From: a bacterium
Lineage (GTDB): Bacteria > Bacteroidota > Ignavibacteria > UBA10030
NCBI GenBank assembly: GCA_043803945.1
Contig: JAZDJN010000109.1
Location: forward strand, 1 to 12,119
DNA length: 12,119 bases
Direction: 5' to 3'
In this document: positions 1-6,903 of the stretch, in pieces
How positions within the stretch are numbered: position 1 is the stretch's first letter
How the letters are laid out: each line of letters begins with the position of its first letter
Translations under genes and position numbers: made by a program
The notes under the pieces: generated by a model
Database searches by the model: none
What the model saw: only the letters and a program-made list of their open reading frames with translations
Told to the model about the DNA's origin: nothing

Positions 1-1484
1 GAAGAGAACCAGCCATCGGTAACGGGAATATTTTCTCCGGAATCTAAAGAGTAGAGATATATTTTAGGCATCATTTCTGACTCCGGCTTCCCATAGGTAA
101 TCCACTTGCTATCGGGAGACCAGCTTGTCGCGTTAATCTCTCCTGCTTCTGCTTTAACAACAAGGGTTACTTTTTTCGAATCGAGATCAACAAACTGGAG
201 GCGTTGTTCTTTATCCGACCAGAGAATTTTCTTGCTATCGGGTGACCACGATATTGCGTATTTATAGGTGTCCGCATTCTTTGTGATTTGTTGGGCCGAT
301 GTTGAGCCATCCTGAACTTGAACATAGATCTCATCTTCCCCGGAGAGATCGGAGATGTACGCAATCCACTTGCCGTTCGGCGACCAGACGGAGTTCCGTT
401 CGTGGACACCCGGAGTTGCTGTCAGATTGCGGATGTTGCCGTTTTTCGATGGAACAGTAAAGACATCGCCGCGTGCTCCGAAGAGCGCCCTATTTCCATC
501 CGGTGAGATCTCATAGTTGGTAATCGAACGACTCACATCGATCAATCCTCCTCTTCCACTATCAAGATCTTCCTGCAAAATAATTTTAACTTTTTCCGTC
601 CGTTCGGTCGCAAGGTCGAACTTGTAGATGGATCCTCCATTTTCAAAGACGATGGCTTTGTCGCCGATTGAGGGGAATTTGATATCATACTCATCGAACG
701 TGGTCAGTTTTTTTGTCTGTTTCGTCGATAGATCATAGGAGTAAAGATTCAACTTCTTAATCTCATCGCGATCAGAGATGAAATAGATTTTATCACCGCC
801 CCACATCGGGAAAATATCCTGAGCGGAATTATTTGTGACGTTCACGGTTGTCTTGCTGGCGAAATCATAGACCCAAATGTCATCTGCCTGTCCGCCGCGA
901 TACCGCTTCCATGTCCTGAATTCGCGAAAGACCTGGTTGTACGCAAGTTTCATTCCATCGGGTGATATCGTACAGAATCCACCGCGTGGAAGAGGGAGTT
1001 GTTCCGGCATTCCCCCTTTCACAGATGCAAGATAGAGTTGGCCTTTGAAATCGTTGAACTCCGTTCTTCGTGACCTGTAGATGATATGCTCGTTGTCCTT
1101 CCAGGCCATAACAATATTATTCGGTCCCATCCGATCTGAGACATCATCGCGATCCAGCGTTGCTGTGAATGACAAGCGTTTTGGAACTCCACCCTGCGAC
1201 GGCATCAAATGGACTTCCGTATTGCCGTCATACTGTCCGGTGAACGCGAGTTGTTTTCCATCCGGCGAGAATCGGGCAAACATTTCGAAGCCAATGTCGT
1301 TTGTCAGTTTTCTTGCAACACCTCCTGTAGCGCTGACTGAATAGAGATCGCCTGCGTAGGTGAATACGATTTGATTTCCATAGATTGCTGGAAAGCGCAA
1401 GAGTCTCGCCTCCTCCTGGGAAATCCCAAGAGAATATGCCAGAAGCATAATAAGGCTCAGGAACATTGTCCTTTGTTTTCGCAT
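1..1484 (-). CDS. Tricorn protease homolog (S41 family), N-terminal beta-propeller part; runs off the left edge
   Basis: Missing from the ORF track. Manual translation from ATG at 1484 gives MRKQRTMFLSLIMLLAYSLGISQEEARLLRFPAIYGNQIVFTYAGDLYSVSATGGVARKLTNDIGFEMFARFSPDGKQLAFTGQYDGNTEVHLMPSQGGVPKRLSF..., i.e. a signal peptide plus PD40/'FSPDGK' repeats typical of tricorn N-termini. GAGGAG RBS at 1490-1495. Confidence 0.9.
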   Translation of the reverse strand, partial: MRKQRTMFLSLIMLLAYSLGISQEEARLLRFPAIYGNQIVFTYAGDLYSVSATGGVARKLTNDIGFEMFARFSPDGKQLAFTGQYDGNTEVHLMPSQGGVPKRLSFTATLDRDDVSDRMGPNNIVMAWKDNEHIIYRSRRTEFNDFKGQLYLASVKGGMPEQLPLPRGGFCTISPDGMKLAYNQVFREFRTWKRYRGGQADDIWVYDFASKTTVNVTNNSAQDIFPMWGGDKIYFISDRDEIKKLNLYSYDLSTKQTKKLTTFDEYDIKFPSIGDKAIVFENGGSIYKFDLATERTEKVKIILQEDLDSGRGGLIDVSRSITNYEISPDGNRALFGARGDVFTVPSKNGNIRNLTATPGVHERNSVWSPNGKWIAYISDLSGEDEIYVQVQDGSTSAQQITKNADTYKYAISWSPDSKKILWSDKEQRLQFVDLDSKKVTLVVKAEAGEINATSWSPDSKWITYGKPESEMMPKIYLYSLDSGENIPVTDGWFS

Positions 1485-1594
1485 AGTAACTCCTCGATTA
1501 GTTGTTAGAAAGAATGACCAGGCTCTTCTGAAAAAGAAGGATATTGGATTTCGAAAAGAATTTCAACTGCTCAGGGACAAATCTTCATAGAAAT

Positions 1595-1816
1595 TTATAT
1601 GTGCAGCATAACCCAAATTAAATAAGCGATAAATAGCATCCCGAACCCGATTAAAAAGGCTTTAGGCCAAGATGAGCCAGACTCTTATTTATTTTCCTTT
1701 TCTTTAACTTTCTTCCTCATCCCAGGATAAGCTTTTTCCATCATCTGGTCAAAGCGTTTGAAGGCGCTACCAATCAGGGAGAACAATCCTTCAGCAATAT
1801 CCAATAAATCGATCAT
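1595..1816 (-). pseudogene. Small putative membrane protein interrupted by one in-frame TAA (1685-1687)
   Basis: Manual translation: MIDLLDIAEGLFSLIGSAFKRFDQMMEKAYPGMRKKVKEKENK*ESGSSWPKAFLIGFGMLFIAYLIWVMLHI*. The frame continues past the stop into a clean transmembrane-like helix. Confidence 0.4.
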
Positions 1817-2105
1817 CTGCGTGCTTTTATGTTCACCTGGACGATGTTCTAATTGAATGAGGAACTATACATTTGGAAAGGTTCTATGGTATTTCTGGAG
1901 TTTCAGCGTTCACCAATACACTCTTCCATCAACTGCATAATAGTTCAGTGGCATTACTTTTTGACAATCGCCCGAGATGCACGTTTTGCTCGATTCTTAT
2001 CATGGAATACCCCCAAAAGGGGCCTTGGTTTGACTGATGGCAAGATTTTAGAAAGGTTTGCCAAAAGAATCAATAAGAGAGATATTCTTAAAAATAAATA
2101 TTTAC

Positions 2106-2134
2106 TTGTTTGCTTCCTGGAGAATACCTACTTT
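2106..2134 (+). promoter_or_regulatory. Candidate sigma70-type promoter for the csp gene (long ~230-nt 5' UTR)
   Basis: TTGTTT-N17-TACTTT. Long 5' UTRs are typical of csp mRNAs. Confidence 0.3.
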
Positions 2135-2374
2135 ATACATGTAAATACTCTGTACACCGCTTTAAAGAAACTTCTTTCTTAGTAAGTAGTTTTTTAAAGC
2201 CACGCAGTTGTAGATGATCTGTACTATCTGTGCCCCTTTTTCGTGGTCTTTCAGGTTTCGCGAGATTTGGCCTGTGTACAACTTCACTTGTTTAGCTTGC
2301 GTGTCGAGTCAGCCAGATGCTGATTGTTGTTCACGTGTACTTTTTTTCTTCATTTATACTGAAAGGATTGTTCC

Positions 2375-2575
2375 ATGGAAAAAGGAACAGTTAAATGGTT
2401 CAATGGAACCAAAGGTTTTGGATTCATCACACGTCAAAGCGGCGAAGATGTATTCGTCCATTTTAAGGAGATCGTCGGCGACGGCTATCGCACTTTGAAT
2501 GAGGGTGACCAGGTCCAATTTGAATCTCAGATGGGACCCAAAGGCCTCCAGGCTACCAAAGTCGAAAAAATATAA
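2375..2575 (+). CDS. cspA: Cold-shock protein (CspA family; symbol is family-level only)
   Basis: 66 aa with KGTVKWFN, RNP1 KGFGFI and RNP2 VFVHF. GAAAGGA RBS upstream. Confidence 0.96.
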   Translation: MEKGTVKWFNGTKGFGFITRQSGEDVFVHFKEIVGDGYRTLNEGDQVQFESQMGPKGLQATKVEKI

Positions 2576-2592
2576 GCGACCTTGAGTGAAGC

Positions 2593-2630
2593 AACCCCAG
2601 TCAGTGATATAACTGACTGGGGTTTTTTAT
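2593..2630 (+). terminator. Rho-independent terminator of csp
   Basis: AACCCCAGTCAGT-gatata-ACTGACTGGGGTT, a 13-bp perfect stem followed by a T-run. Confidence 0.9.
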
Positions 2631-2894
2631 TTCTCGGAAAGGAATTTCGGTGAACAGAACACTTTAGTATTTTTTTATCGAAAAGATTGGAATTCCTAAC
2701 GGCAATAACGGTGAAGAGACCTTTAAAATTCCCCCGATTTCTTTCGTGTTAACAATGTTATGATCTGCCACGAAGTTCTCTTCCTGATGTTCTATACAAT
2801 TTTACACAAAGAGTTTTCTGAAGATCAGATTCGCGGAGAAAAGAAACTTACTCTCTATTATTTATCAAGCCTCTTTAGTCTTCGGAGAAATATC

Positions 2895-2925
2895 TTGCAA
2901 TCTGACTTTTCGTTCGCTATATTTG
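2895..2925 (+). promoter_or_regulatory. Candidate promoter upstream of the tRNA-Asp locus
   Basis: TTGCAA-N17-TATATT(TG). Confidence 0.5.
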
Positions 2926-3031
2926 AAACCAAGTTGAGCTTCTAACACTACTTCTGACACTTTTCAATCGAAGGAATCGGGCAAAGGTGAGAAGAAAGTG
3001 GAAAATGATCAGAAATCGAAGAAATTTATCA

Positions 3032-3096
3032 GGGGTCGTAGCTCCCGCCCAAAGATGAAGCATGGCGGGCAGGCGGTTTGGTTAGAGCACTTGCTT
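3032..3096 (+). pseudogene. Degenerate 5'-half copy of tRNA-Asp with a 30-nt hairpin-containing insertion
   Basis: GGGGTCGTAGCTC (3032-3044) equals tRNA nt 1-13. The insert is 3045-3074. Then GGTTTGGTTAGAGCACTTGCTT matches tRNA AGCTTGGTTAGAGCGCCTGCCT at 17/22 positions. Similarity stops just before the anticodon. Confidence 0.8.
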
Positions 3097-3131
3097 CCGG
3101 GTTGATCAAAAGATATTGTTCTTTACATATT

Positions 3132-3206
3132 GGGGTCGTAGCTCAGCTTGGTTAGAGCGCCTGCCTGTCACGCAGGAGGTCGCGAGTTCGAGTCTCGTCG
3201 GCCCCG
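3132..3206 (+). tRNA. tRNA-Asp (GTC)
   Basis: Acceptor stem GGGGTCG/CGGCCCC, D-arm GCTC/GAGC, anticodon arm CCTGC-CT GTC AC-GCAGG, T-arm GCGAG-TTCGAGT-CTCGT, discriminator G. CCA is not encoded. Confidence 0.97.
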
Positions 3207-3211
3207 CACAC

Positions 3212-3242
3212 AAAGCCCTCCCTGAAACCTTGGAGGGCTTTT
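3212..3242 (+). terminator. Terminator-like hairpin after tRNA-Asp
   Basis: AAAGCCCTCC-N10-GGAGGGCTTT followed by T. Confidence 0.7.
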
Positions 3243-3257
3243 CCATTCTATAACCTT

Positions 3258-3527
3258 ATGCCTCACTTTGTCTATATAATCCAGAGCAAACGCGATGGTT
3301 TGTACTATACCGGTTCTTCACATGATCCTGTTCTCAGATGCCAGCGACATAACGAAGGTTGGACCAGATCCACAAAATACAGGGGTCCGTGGAAATTAGT
3401 ATGGACAAAGAAATTCCCCACAAAGTCTGAAGCTCTTCAATTCGAACGCTACATTAAGAAAATGAAGAGTCGCGCTTTTATTGAACGACTGATCCGCGAC
3501 GCAGGAGGTCGTCCCGATTCCGAATAA
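3258..3527 (+). CDS. Small stand-alone GIY-YIG nuclease (YhbQ/UPF0213-like)
   Basis: FVYII...YYTG (GIY-YIG motif), R-xx-RHNEG, TK-x-RGPWKLV and catalytic-helix EALQFERYIKKMKSR. 89 aa. Confidence 0.92.
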   Translation: MPHFVYIIQSKRDGLYYTGSSHDPVLRCQRHNEGWTRSTKYRGPWKLVWTKKFPTKSEALQFERYIKKMKSRAFIERLIRDAGGRPDSE

Positions 3528-3554
3528 CGAAATCGGGAAGTCTCGTCGGCCCGC
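3499..3554 (+). repeat. tRNA-Asp 3'-half copy 1 (att-like), with T-arm nt CGAGTTCG replaced by a 27-nt hairpin
   Basis: ACGCAGGAGGTCG + TCCCGATTCCGAATAACGAAATCGGGA + AGTCTCGTCGGCCCGC, compared with tRNA ACGCAGGAGGTCG-CGAGTTCG-AGTCTCGTCGGCCCCGC. Confidence 0.92.
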
Positions 3555-3593
3555 CGAAGTCCCGAAGAAACGAAGAAGCGTCGGCACACTTCG
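3555..3593. repeat. REP-like hairpin (TCCCGA family, degenerate)
   Basis: GTCCCGA(3559-3565)...TCGGCAC(3581-3587), with outer arms CGAAGT/ACTTCG. Confidence 0.55.
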
Positions 3594-3752
3594 ATACAAA
3601 ATCCCTATTCAAGGTGATTTGTTTCGTACATCCTCTCCGATCACTATTCCGCCCGTACTTGACATTCCTTCCCGGCAATCGTAGTTTTGTATGCGACACG
3701 ATAGCACAGAACCAGCATTGATCCATTTGTTTTCATGGAGATCAAATGAAAC

Positions 3753-4127
3753 TTGCGAGATTCTCCATTCACTGATGCACCGCTTGTAGCCCCCACAGTA
3801 GTGAACCTATCGAGCGGCTTTTGGGGCAGGTACGAGGATGATCAGGTGACTGAGCATTGGATGGCATTTGTTGATGATTCCCTTTGGGGCATTGCTGTCT
3901 ATAATCCTCGCTGTCTCAATTTTCTGGCTGGGATTTCCGGTTCACCGGGTTGTGAAGCATCTGACGCTTCGACCTGTTACATTGCACCAGTCAAATACAA
4001 ATCACTAATGAAGAATTCGGTTTATGAATACGAATATTTTATCATCGTCGGTTCGCTGAGAACAATCCGGGCGACGGTGTACCGACTGCACGCTGGGGAG
4101 AAAGGAAATACAACTGATCACCAATAA
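3753..4127 (+). pseudogene. Probable 5'-truncated hypothetical protein (C-terminal fragment)
   Basis: Protein-like sequence (TEHWMAFVDDSLWGIAVYNP...STCYIAPV...YEYEYFIIVGSLRTIRATVY), but it starts at a TTG near the island's left end and reads like a C-terminal portion. No function recognised. Confidence 0.5.
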
Positions 4128-4305
4128 GATGCTACGATCTCACCGATGGAAGCAAACGAACTGCATTCTGCTCATTGTTGCTAATTCCAGCCAATAGATT
4201 CCCTGTACTATAGATCCGATTGTGATGAGATGAAAATAGAAAAACTATTTATGGTAATGTGGAATGGTATGATTTTTTTCGAAGAGTTATTTTCTGAATA
4301 GCCCT

Positions 4306-4344
4306 GGTGGCGCTCCCAAGAGCTCAGGAGGAGAGAGCGCCACC
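4306..4344. terminator. GC-rich inverted repeat downstream of the lipoprotein gene (possible terminator or mRNA stabiliser)
   Basis: GGTGGCGCTC-N19-GAGCGCCACC with perfect 10-bp arms. No adjacent U-tract. Confidence 0.4.
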
Positions 4345-4391
4345 TTCGTCGCTGGAGATCTCCACCATGAAGACCTCCACCGAATAGAGAC

Positions 4392-4901
4392 CTAGATAGG
4401 GCTAAACACAGGGCAGATCACGACAGGCCGTATGGAAAGGACATTTCCAGTATATACCAGTTGTACTACAAGGTGGGCAGAATCCGGTGCACCTGGAATT
4501 GCATAGCACTTCTCTACTACCGATCCCTCTGCAAGAGTACCACAACTCTCGCAGGACCTATCAGACACGATCCACAAACCGGATCCCACTTCAGCGGTTG
4601 AGTACTTCATAACAACATAGATCTCAATATCAGCGGTATTTGGACCTGTTCCTTTACTGGGCTGATTATCAGTTCCATTGCTCTGCGTGAGTAAGTAGAG
4701 GATTGATCCTTGTACCTGAATATTCCCGTAATCATAAGTAGATCTCAAAAATCGAACACTTTGGTTCAGGTCGAGCTTCCTTCTGCTCGATCCATCTACT
4801 CCAACCGACAAAGTTGACACAGGGCTTGATAGGTCATAATCCGAGCAACCGATTAGTAAGAACACGGTCACAAGGGCAAGAAAAAGATTCACGCGTTTCA
4901 T
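4392..4901 (-). CDS. Hypothetical lipoprotein
   Basis: MKRVNLFLALVTVFLLIG-C lipobox. AGGAGG RBS at 4907-4912. 169 aa with a Cys cluster in the C-terminal half. Confidence 0.75.
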   Translation of the reverse strand: MKRVNLFLALVTVFLLIGCSDYDLSSPVSTLSVGVDGSSRRKLDLNQSVRFLRSTYDYGNIQVQGSILYLLTQSNGTDNQPSKGTGPNTADIEIYVVMKYSTAEVGSGLWIVSDRSCESCGTLAEGSVVEKCYAIPGAPDSAHLVVQLVYTGNVLSIRPVVICPVFSPI

Positions 4902-5001
4902 AGATGCCTCCTTTTTATTGAAATGGATTGTTGTTTGCAGGGTGGGCTTGAAAAGCTTGAGATTTTTTTTTCTCTCGACTACCCATGCTGGAGTATCATC
5001 T

Positions 5002-5018
5002 TACAAGGTGCGTGCCGA
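5002..5018 (-). promoter_or_regulatory. sigma54 (-24/-12) promoter for the lipoprotein gene
   Basis: The minus strand reads TCGGCACG-CACC-TTGTA, compared with consensus YTGGCACG-N4-TTGCW. It lies about 100 bp upstream of the ATG, next to a sigma54 activator gene. Confidence 0.65.
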
Positions 5019-5074
5019 TGCACAAACGCTGAAATGGAATTGAAACACAAAGACGTGATAGTTGGAACCGCTTG

Positions 5075-5098
5075 ATTATGAGCAGCTCTGCTCATAAT
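5075..5098. promoter_or_regulatory. Perfect palindrome, candidate enhancer (UAS) for the adjacent sigma54 activator
   Basis: ATTATGAGCAG-ct-CTGCTCATAAT (11-bp arms, 2-nt spacer), about 60-80 bp upstream of the -24 box. Confidence 0.55.
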
Positions 5099-5215
5099 TG
5101 AACGATAGGCAGACTGTCAAGAGTAAATCAGATGCTGAAAATATCTGGGCAAGTATTCTTTGAGAAGGAGATGTTGGTAATGAGGGTGAGCACTACTCGC
5201 GTCGATGAATGATAT

Positions 5216-6757
5216 TCATTCCAGTCCGTACTTCTCTATCCGTCGTTGCACGGCATTGCGATCGATGCCGAGGAGGCGTGATGCTTGCGTAATATTTCCG
5301 TGAGTAGATTTGAGTGATAAATGAATAAGCTCCTTCTCCATCAATTCAAACAGATCTTTGCCCGAGGAATTTAAGGAAAGAAGCTCGTGTAATTCTTCCA
5401 GAAGCCTTTCAGATAACCGGAGTGTGCTTGAAGCCGGAAGAATACCGATGCCAACCGTACGGAGCTGTTCCGCAGTTATCTCTGCAGAAGAGATGAGGAT
5501 CGAGATTCGTTCGACGGTGTTGCGAAGTTCTCGTACGTTTCCTTTCCAGATAAGTTCTGAGAGATACCGATGTGCCTCGTTTGTAAAATGCTTTGCACTG
5601 CTGGAGAGTTCATTGAGAAATTTATCCGCGAGCAGCGGAATGTCTTCTATTCGTTTATTGAGCTGCGGCAAAGTGATGGGGACAACATTCAAACGATGAA
5701 AAAGATCTTCACGGAATTGTCCCTTCCGTATGGCATTGCGCAGATCGTTGTTTGTCGCTGCAATTACCCGCACATCCACGCGGTGGTCAACTGATGAGCC
5801 AACGCGACAAAACGACCGCTCCTCGAGAATGCGCAATAGTTTCGGCTGAAGCTCGAGTGGCATCGCTGAAATCTCATCGAGGAAGAGCGTCCCTCCATCT
5901 GCCAGCTCGAACTTTCCTTTCATGGTTGCCGTGGCTCCGGTGAATGCACCTTTTTCGTGACCGAAGAGCTCCGATTCAAACAGAGTCGAAGGAATCGCTG
6001 AACAGTTCACTGCCACAAAGGGCCGTTCAGCGCGAGGGCTCTGATAGTGTATCGCTTTTGCCGCTACCTCTTTACCCGTCCCGGTTTCACCCACGAGGAG
6101 AACTGTCGCATTTGTCACTGCAACGAGATTGATCGTATTGCGCACCTCTTCCATCGCTTGGCTTTTCCCAAGCAGTGCCGAAATACCTCGTTCCTGTTGA
6201 AGAGTCTCCTTCAAACGAATATTATCGCGAAAGAGGGTTTCGTGGAGTCTTGCGCGCAAGACAAACTGAGCAGCCAGAGGTGCCAGCACGTTGGCCTTGA
6301 GAACCTCATCGTCGGAAAACTTCCGCCCCCCTTTTGAGTTGACGAGATTGACAAAGCCAATCATTCTCTCCCCTGACAACAGAGGAACAGCGAGAGCCGG
6401 ACCAAGTATGAGTACTTCTTCTCGAGAGCTGCGAATTTTGAGATCTTTCACTACGTCCTCAACCAGAAGGGGCATTTTGTGTACTTCGAGCCATCCTGCC
6501 ACAACCGTATTCACACCGTGATCTATTTCTCCGGATGATTTGCGTGTGCTCCGGACAACCGTTTGAACTGCATCCCCTGCGGATTCTCCCACGAGCACAA
6601 CGGCAGCCCGCTCTGCCTTGCAAAGATCGAGAAAGCATTCAACAATTCCCTCGAGAGTTTCATAGACACCTACCACAGAACCGAGTGATTGTGCGAGACG
6701 GTGGACCCCCTCGAGTTCCTGTATGCGCTGCTTGAGTGAAGAGAGGTCGTTTGTCAT
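5216..6757 (-). CDS. sigma54-dependent transcriptional activator (GAF + AAA+ + Fis-type HTH)
   Basis: Walker [24 protein letters not shown], Walker [27 protein letters not shown] and C-terminal [15 protein letters not shown]-terminal GAF-like region ([20 protein letters not shown]). Confidence 0.95.
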   Translation of the reverse strand: MTNDLSSLKQRIQELEGVHRLAQSLGSVVGVYETLEGIVECFLDLCKAERAAVVLVGESAGDAVQTVVRSTRKSSGEIDHGVNTVVAGWLEVHKMPLLVEDVVKDLKIRSSREEVLILGPALAVPLLSGERMIGFVNLVNSKGGRKFSDDEVLKANVLAPLAAQFVLRARLHETLFRDNIRLKETLQQERGISALLGKSQAMEEVRNTINLVAVTNATVLLVGETGTGKEVAAKAIHYQSPRAERPFVAVNCSAIPSTLFESELFGHEKGAFTGATATMKGKFELADGGTLFLDEISAMPLELQPKLLRILEERSFCRVGSSVDHRVDVRVIAATNNDLRNAIRKGQFREDLFHRLNVVPITLPQLNKRIEDIPLLADKFLNELSSSAKHFTNEAHRYLSELIWKGNVRELRNTVERISILISSAEITAEQLRTVGIGILPASSTLRLSERLLEELHELLSLNSSGKDLFELMEKELIHLSLKSTHGNITQASRLLGIDRNAVQRRIEKYGLE

Positions 6758-6903
6758 TGGATGATTGGTGTGACTGCTGAAGAGAAGGTATAGATGTTTG
6801 CAAGAATAATCAATAATTCAGATCCTCTGCTTATGGAGACGGGTTTAGAGAATTTATGATAGGATGATACTCACTGGCACTCGACTTCGCGAACGTAACG
6901 GAC

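Noticed and set aside
167-1344. Short ORFs in the track (167-409, 318-506, 1081-1344)
   Set aside because: They are shadow frames of the long minus-strand tricorn protease CDS.
1853-2498. ORFs 1853-2182 and 2214-2498
   Set aside because: No motifs and an atypical composition. They overlap the csp promoter, UTR and CDS.
2760-2945. 61-aa ORF
   Set aside because: AT-rich intergenic DNA overlapping the tRNA promoter candidate, with no RBS or motif.
3032-3554. Functional intron-containing or trans-spliced tRNA made from the halves
   Set aside because: The fragments lack the anticodon, carry mismatches and have lost the TTCG of the T-loop. An intact copy is present, and no group I/II intron structure is visible.
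6874-6891. CTGGCACTCGACTTCGC as a sigma54 promoter
   Set aside because: The -12 spacing is off by one and it points antisense into the kinase 3' end.
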